DNA of 63,956 nt, filler included, from Reclinomonas americana ATCC 50394 (lineage: Eukaryota), in assembly GCA_048213135.1 (NCBI GenBank). It is 6 parts of 4 records of this genome, joined end to end, with 100 filler letters (N's around TTAATTAATTAA, not from the genome) between each part and the next. Parts side by side here need not be neighbours in the genome. Positions count along the whole stretch, not along the records: positions 1 to 16,621 come from PS015445.1; positions 16,722 to 43,386 come from PS015446.1; 4 more parts are not named here. One strand, given 5' to 3'. Of the stretch, positions 12,952 to 25,017 are shown one piece after another. The notes beneath the pieces are model-generated. The model searched no databases. It saw nothing but the letters and a program-made list of their open reading frames with translations, and was not told where the DNA came from. The first letter of the stretch is position 1; every line of letters starts with the position of its first letter. The position numbers and the translations under genes are program-made.

Positions 12952-15943
12952 CTATTCGGTAGCCACTGCTTCTGCTTCTGCAGGCTCCTCTCCATCTCGC
13001 TGCTGCTGCTGCTGCTGCTGCTGCTCCGCCTCCCGTAGCCGTTGCTGCTGCGCGATCTGCTTCTTGAACTGCGAGTACTGGCGCAGAATACCGCGAATGT
13101 CGGCCACTTCGCCGGCAAACTCGGGCTTGTCGCGCACTCGTGTCAGGTAGTCCTCGAACGCGGACGCCATGCGTGCGGCAACCGAGGCGTCGGTGAAGCC
13201 GCCCACGCCCCACGCACGATGCAGCGCGATGCCGAGGTTCTGCAGTGGCACACAACACGTTGATACCAAGGAAAAAAACAACCACTTTCCACTCCCTCCC
13301 ACCCTCCACTCTCTCACCTTGAAAATGTAGTCCGGCATCGGCTCTCCCACATCCTCCTTCATGATGGCCTCCAGATCGGCGGCCATGAACTCCCAGATGC
13401 GCTGCAGCTTGACCCGCTGGCGAGTCACGTAGTCGCGCTCGGCAGGGCTGTCGGGACCTGTCGGTGCAATGGCGTCGGCACCCTCCGCCAGCGCGCGAGT
13501 CATAAAGTAGTGCACGCGGTTGTGGTGCACAATGATAAAGTCATGGCACGCAATGCGCTCCCACGTGCCCTCGGGATACTTGATCGGATCGCAACGCGGG
13601 AACGTGCCCAGCGGTACCAACGCATGCCGCGTGACCTCCAACAACCGATAGGCCTCGTGCGACACAATGTTGGCGCGTCCCGACACATACTCACGCGGCA
13701 TCATGCGCTCCGCAAAGCCGTGTGGCACCAGCACATACGAGGCCTTGTAGGAGTCGTCGCCAGCCTTGACGCCGTAACACGTGTAAATGTCGCGCTGGGG
13801 AATGTTGGCGTTGACAAAGTCGAGCATCGTGTACCCGCCCCGCTCCGTCGGACTGTACAACTCGCCGGGGAAGATGACGGTGCCGGGGAGGCCTTGCGCC
13901 TCCAGCGTGCGCACGTAGTTGGGAGCAAACCACTGATACGACATCATCTCCTGGTCGAGAACCACCACGTCGGTGCGGTAGCCCTCGCACTCCTGCACGT
14001 AGCGCACGGCGTTCGCCACCAGGTCGCCACGTGTCAGCAATATCGCACCCGGAGTCAACGGCATCAGCACTCCACGCCCAAATGCCGCAATGATGCTGTG
14101 CAGTCGGGGACGGGGAACAAACACAGCAGTAAGCATTCTGCCGGAGGCGGCAAGTGTCGACACTGCGGACGCAACTCATTGTCACTCTGGTCGGCGAGAC
14201 GGTACCGCAGCGCGACCACGGTGACCAGCAGTGCCACAGCCAGCACCTGCAGTACCCATTGCGTGTAAGGCTGCCGCTTTGGCGAGGCCTCCGCATTCGA
14301 CGACGATGCCGGTCCATCCACAGAACTCGCAGTGTCAGCGGCCGGCGCCGGCGCGAGTCCCAGCACGCGACACACGGCATGCACTCCAATGCCAATCACC
14401 ACGCACACCAGCAGATCCGGCTGCATCCAGAAGCGCGACACCACGTTGGCCATCAGCGGCTTGTCGGGATCGAGATTGGCGCGTGAGTGGAAAAACACCA
14501 AGTACAGCGCCAGGGCAGCCAGCCACGGGAATGCCAGTCGACCAACACCGCGCGACAGAACTAATTGGTGAGCGAGAAGGGGGGAGAGATGAGAAGCAGA
14601 CCACTGGAACGCAATGCACGCAAACACACCGTTGAGCGACGAACGACGACGCCAGGCCGCCAAAAACGCCACCGCACCAATGCTAAACAGCACGAGGCCG
14701 GTGTGCCACGTCACTGACTGCACGTGCGCAGCGTAGCTGCCGAGGCCGCGCATCAAATCCGGCGGCACTGTGTTGTCGCCACGCGAGGCCAGCTGGAAGG
14801 TGCCGTACTCCTCGCGCGACATGTGGCGAAGGAGGCCCGACACGGACAACATGTCACCTGCACCGGTGCACGGTCTGTCGCTGATGATGTGACGGACGCG
14901 CGACGAGAGAACGCTTACGAACCCCAGGTGTGCGCTGGCGATGCCAGAGCGGCTGCGATTGGCATGTAGAGATATGGCGTCAGACCAAGCGCAAAGTAGC
15001 CGGCGAGTTGCAGGATCAGGCGTCGGAATGACGCCCACGAAGACGCCGCACGCGGAACGGTGGCCAGCACCCACACAATGATGGGAAATTCGTACAGCAC
15101 CAGCGTGTGCTGGTTAGACAGACCGAGTCCACAGACGAGAGCGCCCATACGGCACAGCCACAACTGTCGCCCGGTGAAAATGACCGGCGCCTTCTTGACT
15201 GGTGACGCAGGCGCCGCCTTTTTCGGTGCCGGCACAGGACTGCTGTCGGCCTTGAGCTTCGCCGCGCCGGTTTCCTCATCGCTCTCCACCTGCAGCGCCA
15301 GCTCCACCGACAGCCACAACAGCGCCACCACAAACAAGTTGTTCAAGGCAAACACCTCGGCGCCGATCGAGAACTCCCACGTGAGCGGACTAAAGGCGAA
15401 CAGGGTCGTGGCCACAAGCGACGCCGCCACGTTCTTGGTCAGTCGCCAGCACACCGCGAACACGCCCGCCGCAGTCAGCGAGGCCAGCACGGCGTTGGCC
15501 AGATTTGCCCGCCACGCTGGCGACGGGCCTGCAGTCTGCGGAAACACGCCCAGCACACTCATGGCCGCACGTGCAAACATGGTGAAGAGTGGATATCCAG
15601 GCGGATGTGCCACGCCAAAGTTGCTGGCTGTCAACACACGACGCCGATGAGAAGTCGGAAGACAACTCTTCTCTTGCAATGCATGCATGCATGCATGAAA
15701 TATGATGACGCATACATCTCACTCACACTCACACACACGCACTCTCTTTCTCTCTCTCACACACACACACTCCTCTCTCTCTCTCTCCTCCCCTCTGCCT
15801 CGCATACACACACACAGAGAAGACTGACCGACGGCCAGCAGCTCTCCGCTGTCACCACCCGGTACACTCTTGTACAGCGTGGAGCTGTACACGGCCAGTG
15901 CCACCGCAAAGCACACGAAACACCATCGTCGCCACGACTCCAT
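12952..15943 (-). CDS. TMEM260: TMEM260 (DUF2723) protein O-mannosyltransferase-like GT-C membrane protein
   Basis: Motifs SVPGGDSGELL, GVAHPPGYPLFTM, AEVFALNNLF, GLGLSNQHT, HMSREEYGTFQL, RFWMQPD and GDLVANAVRYVQECEGYRTDV. Confidence 0.92.
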
Positions 15944-15994
15944 CACAATCACTTTTTCTTCCCTTCACTCTCTGAACGAATTGCCGGCGGCGGG

Positions 15995-18900
15995 TCATCG
16001 ACCGGGACCGCGCGACGTCTCCGACACGCGTTGTGAGGCCTTGGCGTCGGTCTCCTTCTTGCGCACCACTGCAGAGAACTTGTGTCCGTATGACTTGCGG
16101 ATCTGATCCAGCAGGTTGACAATCACGTTCGGGTCGCCGCGCAAAATGTCGTTCTCCGACCACAGATAGTCGAGTGGCATGTTCTGCAGTGGAGGCGTAC
16201 ACATGAGATTCACAACGCGCGTGCACCGGTGCCCCCCCACAACCCCTCTAGCTCCCACAAACCTTTCTCGTGCGCAGCACTTCGAGTGCCTTGCGAATGT
16301 TGTGCAGCGAGCTGGCCGACGACTTGGGCACGCGGGAGATGCCCTTCAGCTCGGCGTGCTCCAGGGCGCCCACCAGATCGCACAGCAGCACGCCAGTGGA
16401 GAACTCAGGTACCGAGGTGCCCTCCAGCGAGAAAGGCGAGCGCAGCTCAATGCCGAGCGAGGCCAGCCACTTGCCCAACAAGTAGGCGAGTGAGGGTGCG
16501 AGCTGGTCGTCGTCTTGACCGCCGCGCTGCTGACCCTCAAACACGTCGTGCAGGTGGCGGTGCGTGCCCGAGTGCACCAACTCACTCAGACCCAACGCCG
16601 GTCCATTGGGTGCGAGACCCANNNNNNNNNNNNNNNNNNNNNNNNNNNNNNNNNNNNNNNNNNNNTTAATTAATTAANNNNNNNNNNNNNNNNNNNNNNN
16701 NNNNNNNNNNNNNNNNNNNNNGCATTGGAGGGCGTGGCCGTTGATCCCACAAACGGTTCCGGGTTGGCCGGTGCGTGGTCTAAGGCGGTGCGAAAACAGG
16801 AGTGTGAGGCGAGTGAAATACTGATGTGAAGCAAAAACGAAAGACGAGTGCGAAACTGAGGCCAGCGCCGGTGAGACGTGCCGGTGTCGGGACGGCGGAT
16901 TTGAGCAGCGTGGGCGGTGTCACCGGGCGCTGCAGCTGCACAAACGACTTGTGGATGAACAAGATGGCGCAGCGAGTGACGGTAGGCAACAGGAGCGACT
17001 CACCGACGCGTACTCTGAAACACCGCCGGCGCGCGTATCGATGCGGCGACCATTCAGAATGACTCCCATCTCCTCCTGCGGGTCGACCAACACACTAAAG
17101 TCCATCTGCTGTACAATGTGCTGGAACTCGCCGAGGTACGGCAGCTCCACTGAACCCGGCATTGGCATGGACGGCCGTGGTGGCAGCTTGTCGTACATGC
17201 GATGAATGTCTTCCACCAGACCCAGACACACAATCTTGTTGCCGCTGTAAATCTCCCCGTCGCACCTGTGCGCGTCTTGGTTGAGGAACGCAACAAAGTG
17301 CAAAAACAATAATAGATGCATCAATGTCGACGCACCACAAGAACCGGTTGCTCATGTCCTTCCTGTGGCGCAGGATCTCCATGGCCTTGCCGATGTTGGA
17401 CAGGGCGGTGGCCTTGACCTTGGGATTGCGTGTCACTCCAATCACACGCTTGCCGCAAGTGACAGACACCAGATCGCACAGCATGACTCCATTCTGAATC
17501 GACGGCATGGCTTCGTCGAGGGTGTTGACGGGCGTGGCCGCGTAGCGGAACACACCGAGCGAGTTGAGCCACAGCATTGTGGCCACCTCGAGTCGCCGCA
17601 GCTGCTCGCCATCGTACGGGCAACGTGGATCAGAGACAGTGCGCGATCGCATGCGACTGCGGGCCGTGCGCAATGACGTGGCATTGGGGTACGCCTTGCT
17701 GATGCTCCACACGAGATCCCATAGCACAGTGTCGTTGCCCTGAGCAAACACACGCACACGCGCGCACACACATGCAGTGGTGGGTGCAACAGACTCCGAA
17801 GACTGCTACCACTGCGACGACGTCATCACCAACCTTGACGACCTCTTCACCAGCCCACAGCAGTGTCGTTGGTATTTGCCTCTTCTTGCGCAGCACACTC
17901 AACGCCTTCTCCACATTCTCGCGGGCGGCGACCACAGTCTTCGGTTGTCGCACCACTCCAGTCAACTTCTCACCCTCCAGTGTCTCCACGAGGTCACACA
18001 GAAGGGTGCCATTGCGTCGCGGATCGCGAAGCGGATGCGTCCACTCGTGTAGTGTGGCATTATCGGTGCTGCGCGCGCGATCCGCATCCCGCCTGCGAGT
18101 GGTGGTTACCACTGCACGGAGGGGAGAGCGAGAGAGCGAGAAAAAGTGAGTACGGAGACAAGAGGGGAGATGTGGCGACACACTCACCGCCCACATACTC
18201 GGCCGTCCGCGAATCGTACAGCGGCCCGTCTCCACTGTTCATGCCTGCTGCAGTCTCGTAATCCGACATAACAAGACCGAGCTTGAGCAGGAAACGTTTG
18301 CACGCCGCCTACCATCATCATCATCATCATCATCATCCGTGAATCATAACGAAAAAATGGAGGATGTTGCAGGGTGCGCACGAACCTCACGCTGCAATTT
18401 CGTTTCCTCGTCATCGCGCTGCTCCTGATCCATCTCCGCCAGATGCGGCAGACCGCCCTCCAAGTGGCTGAGCCGACCAGGTGAGTACGCACCACTGCCT
18501 GCCATCGGTTTGGGCAGCGGACTCTTCGTCACGTCTGCCATGTGTTGCAGTGATGCGCCGAGTCCAGAGGAGCCGCCACGAGACCGTGGAGCACTTTGCG
18601 AGCGCTCACGCGATCGCCTCCTGCTGCCGTCGCCGGCACTAGCGCCCCCTTCTGTGGCATTCTGCGGCTTGGAGTCGTTGTGCAGATGTTCCAGGTGCGC
18701 AAACACTCCGTCGATCGAGTTGGTGCGCTTCCTCGACCGTGAGGCCGGCCGTCTCGGGAACTCCTGCGCAGCAGTGAGATACTGTGCGCGACCCTCAGCA
18801 ATACATACACACACACACGCACGCAACTTGCATAATGTCGGCGAGGAGACCCCAGATGACCTCCGTGTCGCCATTCACAATCTCGTCGGTCGCCCACAAG

Positions 18901-20801
18901 TAGCGCGGATTGAGCTTCTTGACGTGCCGGAAGTGCGCAAGTGAGCGATCGACGTTGCTGATTTGCCGTGCACGCGATCGCGGATTGGCCTCCACACCCG
19001 ACACCGGCTGCTTGAGCAACAAGTTCGACAGCTCTGCCAGCATGACACCAGTGCTCATGCCCTCCAGAATGTTCTTGGCCTTGATGCGCACATCGCCTGC
19101 TTCGCCGCCAGCAAAACTGCGAACGCCCGCGTCGAGCAACCACGCAGCAATGTCCTCCTACACAGCGCACACCACTCGGAAGTGAGACGCGCGGACTGAA
19201 AGAATCGCGCGACGCACACCAGCTCAACTTGCTCCTTGGTCATGGGAATGACAAAGCTGTGATCGAACGGACGCGTGGAGACACGCTCATCGCGACCGCC
19301 ACTTGTCGCGCCCGTCATGTTGGTGGTCATCGACAGCCCCGTGGCGCCTCCGGCGGCGGAACCAGTGCCGACAGTGGCCACTGCAGCTCCGCTGGCATTC
19401 CACTCGGCGTTGCCCGGTAACCGGCTGTGGCAGGAGGTGAGTCAGAGCGACAGAATTCGAGAAAAACCACAGCAGCCACACTTGACTGACCGATGCGGTG
19501 GCGAGACGGTGCTTGTGTGCATGGCACTGCCTGCTGCGCGTCGACGATTGACTCCGAAAAACAGATTCTTCATCGGCGGTGTAGGTGTGGGTCTGCGAGA
19601 ACCCGTGCTGGTGCTGCGTGCTCGTGACGCTGAAGCAACATAGAGGATATGAAGTCAAACAACCAAAATCGTTAGCAACACGGACTGCTCTGGTCTCGCC
19701 TCACCAGAGTCAGGCACTCCACTGCCTCCCGCGGCCGCCGAGAGACCACTAAAGGCCAGCGCAGCGGACGGACTGGAGGCTGTAGGAGTAAAGATCTGAC
19801 GCACCAGCGGCATCGGCGACGGTGTGCGAGCGCGCGATGGTGTCGTGGCAGCCGCAGCCGCTGTTTGGCCCGAACCAACGCCGCCACTGGCAGCACCAGA
19901 GGGGGCACCAGAAGGTCCCACTCCATCCTCTGATGACCGTCGGCGATGCGACGACGACGGTGTGCGTCGGCGACCACCGGATCGTGATCGACGAGAGGCT
20001 CCACCGTTTTGTTGCGGTGTGCCGACCGAGCTCGCCAACGACGACGGCGTCGGTGCACTGCCGCCTGCTACAGCTGCGCCTCCACTCGCCCGGGGTGGCG
20101 GTGAAGGATCGCGTTTCCTACGACCGTTGGTGGGTGATGCGGCCCACGACGCATCACGCCTCCGCTCTGTCGACGCTGTCGAAATGCGCATCGAAATGCC
20201 GCTGTCGACGCTCTCCAACGCCGCCGCCGACGGCACCGACTGCGTGCAATGCGAAACACACGCACCACGCGCACACACAAATGAGCGAGTGCGACACAAA
20301 GCAGGCGAAACGTAAGCGCGCGCTCAAACCTTCTCGGTGCCGACCGCCGATCGCGGATCCTCTCCGTCGCCAAACGCGAAACGAAACATGGCCAGCAAAT
20401 GCAACGCGGCCAGCTTGTCGCCCTGTTCGCACGCTCCACGAGTGAGCGCAAGAGGCGAAAGCGTGCACACACACCAAGAAGAGTACCTTGACGAGATCCA
20501 TGGCGGCAAATCGACTGCCAAGGGTGACCGGCAACGGTCCAACACACCGCCGCAGCGTCTGCAACACCCATTCCACTCGTTCCAATGGCGATCCCAACGA
20601 CTCCTGGTGCACGTCACTCGACGCGGAAGGGTGGGTGCTGAGCCAGTGTCGCATCATGTCGACAAAGACCACTCCATCGCGCAATTCGCTGAGTGACGAC
20701 ACCAGCAGGCATGAGGGCACACTCAGCGAGTTGATCCAGTACACCAGAATGCGCTCGTGGAAAATGCTGTCGTGCGCCGACGGCGACGACGACAACGACA
20801 T
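15995..20801 (-). CDS. Protein with about five calponin-homology (CH) domains and low-complexity linkers; interrupted by a linker gap at 16622-16721
   Basis: Repeated CH signature: WINSL..LSELRDGVVF; STGVMLAEL..ISNVDRSL..EIVNGD..IWGLL; RNGTLLCDLVE..RENVEKAL..LWDLVWSI; QNGVMLCDLV..LSNIGKAM; STGVLLCDLV..LHNIRKAL..DILRGD..IVNLL. Confidence 0.8.
16622..16721. other. Artificial 100-nt contig linker (44 N + TTAATTAATTAA + 44 N); also at 43387-43486, 51702-51801, 58329-58428 and 62754-62853
   Basis: The identical 12-mer, which gives stops in all six frames, sits centred in N runs five times. Confidence 0.97.
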
Positions 20802-21038
20802 GACACACTCCACTCACGCACACACACACTCTCTCTCTCACTCAATCGCTTGCACTCACACGCACACGAGCTCTGTCTCTGCGAGTGCACAGGCCACGAC
20901 TACACACGCACACTCTCTGTGTGTTGCACGCGTGTGTGTGTGTGTGGCGACGAATCGGTGTTTCCCGCCAACGTGCAAAGGACAGCGCGACGTTTTACTG
21001 CGGATCACTCTCTCTATCGCCGACTTGCTCCACGTCTT

Positions 21039-21688
21039 TCAGAAGCAACAGTCGCAGCTGCACAACAACAGAGCACGCACGAATGAGTTAGCACAAAACG
21101 CCCACGTACGTGTGAGAAAGACGACATCGCAACTCAAAGGGACACAACGGGGTGTCGCCACCCTTGCCGATCCGCAGCTCCTCCGACGAGTACACGCGAA
21201 CGCCGTCGACGATCTTCCCTACACCACAAAACAACGCGCTCACATGTCACGAATCGCGATCGGAGAGGTCGTCGACGTTCTCCCCCCACGACGCAACTGG
21301 AAGCCGCTGATCGTGCGCCTCGTGGATCCGAGAACAGATCATCCCCGTCACCACCGCGCTTCTTGCTCTTCCTTCTGCTGTCGCCTTCAGTCACCTCATA
21401 GTCGTCGTCATCATCGTTGCTGGCGACTGCTGACGCGACCTCGCCTGCTCGTCGCTTGCTGCTCTTCTTCGCCGGTGCTCTTCTCTCCTCTTTCGCCGCT
21501 GCCTCCTCTGATGCCTCTGCCTCACGCTTCTTGCTCTTCACCACGGCAAAGATCGATTCGATGTCCTCGGAGGAAGCAGCAGCAGCAGTGGGTGCCTTCG
21601 TCTTCTTCTTCTCCTCCTCCACCTTCTTCTCCTTTTGCTGCTTCTTGCCCTTCTTGGGCTTGACCTCCTTCGTCTTCCCGGCGTTCAT
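21039..21688 (-). CDS. DUF1764 family protein, 3 exons
   Basis: Lys-rich N-terminus, DIESIFA, and a spliced C-terminus RKIVDGVRVYSSEELRIGKGGDTPLCPFD|CDCCF*, matching the DUF1764 end. Both introns start GTTGCG (21297 and 21133). Confidence 0.88.
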
Positions 21689-21738
21689 TGCGTGTGCGTG
21701 TGATTGAGGGATGTCCTGCTCGTCGTCCGTGTGATTGA

Positions 21739-21992
21739 ATGCAGAGTGAGGAAGAGGCGGCGGCCACTGCACTGCGCACATCGCTGCAGGCACTGACGGA
21801 GCTCGTCGCACAATGATATGCCATGCTTTGCCTGCTCGTTTGCTACCTGGTTGTTGTTGTTGTGCTGACAATGTTTTGGTGCAGCGCACTGAGGCCGACT
21901 TGCACGTGCTCGCCGACAACTACCGCAGCATGACGCACGTCAACGAGGCGTGGAGGCAACTGATGCAGCCGCAGACGCCGCCTCCATCATGA
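21739..21992 (+). CDS. Candidate 57-aa two-exon coiled-coil microprotein
   Basis: ATG 21739, exon 1 to 21804, intron 21805-21884 (CTGAC branch site, TGCAG acceptor, weak GTCGCA donor), exon 2 ending TGA at 21992. Product MQSEEEAAATALRTSLQALTEL|RTEADLHVLADNYRSMTHVNEAWRQLMQPQTPPPS. Confidence 0.45.
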
Positions 21993-22089
21993 CATGAACT
22001 TGAATTGATGTTTTTTTCTTATCTAATGTTGCATTCACTACTCGCGAGGGCCCTCCGCACTCCCGAGTGCGGCTGGCTCCCACATTCTA

Positions 22090-22194
22090 TCACCACTTGA
22101 CCTGCGGATTGCTCACAAACGCAGCATAATCGTCGCCGTTGAAGATCGAGATCTCGGTCTCGTTTTCTGCACATGTACGCGGCTGAGTAACTCG

Positions 22195-22257
<63 letters not shown>

Positions 22258-22841
22258 GACGACGACGACNNNNNNNNNNNNNNNNNNNNGGCGCATGCAA
22301 AGACGTGAGGAGAGGAGGCGGTGCAGAAGAGTACAGCGAGGAAACAACACGCACCTTGGCGTGATGCGCAACGTGGTGCAGCTTGAGCGTGTCTGCGAAT
22401 AGACATTCAGGGAAAGGGGGGGAGGTGGTGGAACACAATCCGGACACCTCCCATCCCACTCTGCCGCCCACAAGACGAGGACGACGAGGCACACACTGCA
22501 CGCTCTCACTCACTCACTCACTCACTCACCGAGACGCGCCACGGCATTGCGATACGGACCAAATCCAGTCGCCACCGAGATTGCTGCTCACACAGTGCGT
22601 CACCACTCTGCCCATGATTCACACACGCACACTCAACACACGCACCCTGTCTTGTTATCTCCTTCAGCTGGCGACCAGTGATGCCCGTCAGACTCGGCAC
22701 ATGCAACACGAGGTTCTTGAAGTTCCGATACTCAAACGAGCGGATCACTCTCATCACCAGTGTGAATGAGCTGGGTGGTGGCTCGCCTCCACTCCCACTT
22801 GCCTCAGAGGGCGCGTCAGATGCCGACGCAGCAGAGGCCAT
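22090..22841 (-). CDS. UPF0538 / C2orf76-like (DUF2340) protein
   Basis: Motifs TLVMRVIRSFEYRNFKNLVLH, DTLKLHHVAHHAK and ENETEISIFNGDDYAAFVSNPQVKW*. A short N gap lies inside the gene. Confidence 0.88.
22198..22256. repeat. (GA)n microsatellite (intronic)
   Basis: Uninterrupted GA dinucleotide run next to an N gap. Confidence 0.95.
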
Positions 22842-22934
22842 GATATGATCGCGCTTGTGAATGAGCGACAGTGACTGATTGCTCGCCTTTCTCTTTGTCT
22901 CTCTCCACACACACTCGCTCTTGCTGCTGCACGG

Positions 22935-24708
22935 ATGAGGTCAGTTGTCTCTCAGTGTGTGAGCATGTGTGTGCGTACTGCTGATATGTGCTTGCGTGCT
23001 TGCGTGTGCACAGTTACGCGCAGAGTTTGCGACGAGAAGAGGCGCATGTGGATGGCATCTGGTGTGTGTGCTGGCCGCGCAGTGGAGCACCGCTGGTGAC
23101 AGGCTCAGTCGATGGTGCTGTCAAGCTGTGGTGCGTGTCTGCGTGTGTGTGTGTGTGTGACATGCGCGCGCACTCTTTTCTCTCTTGTCTCTTACACATG
23201 CATGCAGGGCACCGGAGACACTCGAGTCGAGAGTGCAGTTTGACGCGCATCCGCTTGGTGTGCTGTCGGTGACGTGTGATCAGGGTGGACGAGGTCTGTG
23301 TGTCGATGAATGATTGATTGTGATTGATTGCATGCACTCATTTTCCAGTCTTCCCCCGTTAGTGTGCGCCGCCTCGTCCATGGACAGCCTCATTGCCATT
23401 TACGACTTGGAGCGTGGACAGCGAGTGAATGAGATTGGCAAGAAGAGTGCACCAAGTTGCGCGCATGCATCGTTGCTGCGGTGCTTGCTGTTGTCTCACG
23501 CTCATTGTCAGTGGACATATGGACGAGCTGCATCACGCCCGACGCCAAGTACGTGGTGGCTGGCGGGCAAGTTGCGCTGCACAGTGGTATGCGTGCGTGC
23601 ATGTAGGGTCGTTGAGTCGCTCACCAGCAAGCATACAGAGTGGCAAGGCGCAGTTGTACGATGTGGAGAAGGGCGGCAATCCGACGGCGTCGTATGAGAC
23701 GCGCGGCCCGTTCATCATGAGTGTCAAATTCGTTGCGTGTGCGCCGCCGTGTTGTGTTTGGCTTGCTGCGTGTGCAGTTCTCAATGACTAAGGCAGAGCC
23801 CCGATGGGCGGATGCTGGCGTGTGGGTCGAAGGACGGCCTGGTCACGGTGTTTGACGCCGAGAGCCGTGCACTGCTGTACCGGTTGGAGGGTTACGTCTG
23901 GCCCTCCCTCACTTTCCTGTGTGCGCATCGTCTGAAGAGAATTGGATGCCGACAGGTCACTCGTTGTGCGTCCGCGCCTTGTCGTTCACGCCGGACTCGG
24001 CACACTTGATTACGGGCTCCGACGACAAGCACATCCACGTGTATAGCATGGCCGATGGCCGTCTGGTGGGCTCTGTCAGTGGCCACTCGTCGTGGGTCGT
24101 GTCGGTGGATGCTTCGCCCGATCGGCGGCATTTTGCGTCTTCGTCGACCGATCACCACGTCAAGGTGTGGGATTTGCGGACGCGCGAGGCGGTCACCACA
24201 TTTGGTGGATACCACACCGATCAGGTGTGCATTCTNNNNNNNNNNNNNNNNNNNNNNNNNNNNNNNNNNNNNNNNNNNNNNNNNNNNNNNNNNNNNNNNN
24301 NNNNNNNNNNNNNNNNNNNNNNNNNNNNNNNNNNNNNNNNNNNNNNNNNNNNNNNNNNNNNNNNNNNNNNNNNNNNNNNNNNNNNNNNNNNNNNNNNNNN
24401 NNNNNNNNNNNNNNNNNNNNNNNNNNNNNNNNNNNNNNNNNNNNNNNNNNNNNNNNNNNNNNNNNNNNNNNNNNNNNNNNNNNNNNNNNNNNNNNNNNNN
24501 NNNNNNNNNNNNNNNNNNNNNNNNNNNNNNNNNNNNNNNNNNNNNNNNNNNNNNNNNNNNNNNNNNNNNNNNNNNNNNNNNNNNNNNNNNNNNNNNNNNN
24601 NNNNNNNNNNNNNNNNNNNNNNNNNNNNNNNNNNNNNNNNNNNNNNNNNNNNNNNNNNNNNNNNNNNNNNNNNNNNNNNNNNNNNNNNNNNACACCGACT
24701 CAGTGTGC

Positions 24709-24751
<43 letters not shown>

Positions 24752-24907
24752 GTGTTGATCACATCGCTCACACATCGAGGTTTGAAATAGGTGTGGGGCG
24801 TGGCGTACAGTCCGACTGGTGCCGAAATGGTCTCGGTCGGCAGCGATCGGCAAATCATCAAATACACTTGCGTGGTCGACGTTGGTGCGGGCGCGGGCGG
24901 CGTATGA
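22935..24907 (+). CDS. WDR61: WD40 protein WDR61/Ski8 (SKI and PAF1 complex subunit), about 9 exons
   Basis: Motifs MS|YAQSLRREEAHVDGIWCVCW, LVTGSVDGAVKLW, ASSMDSLIAIYD, G|HSLCVRALSFTPDSAHLITGSDDKHIHVY, GHSSWVVSV and HTDQ|VWGVAY. Confidence 0.9.
24710..24749. repeat. (CT)n microsatellite (intronic)
   Basis: Perfect CT run upstream of the last WDR61 acceptor. Confidence 0.95.
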
Positions 24908-25017
24908 AAGCACGTGGACACACACCGCGTGTACACACGTCTGCTCCGTCGAATCAAGTAAGGAAAATATACAAGCCACACTAAAAAAAAGCAACAACAC
25001 TCGCTCGTCAGAGGTTT

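Noticed and set aside
16666..16677. Recurrent palindromic TTAATTAATTAA as a biological repeat or transposon target site
   Set aside because: It is always centred in exactly 44+44 Ns, so it is a synthetic all-frame-stop linker.
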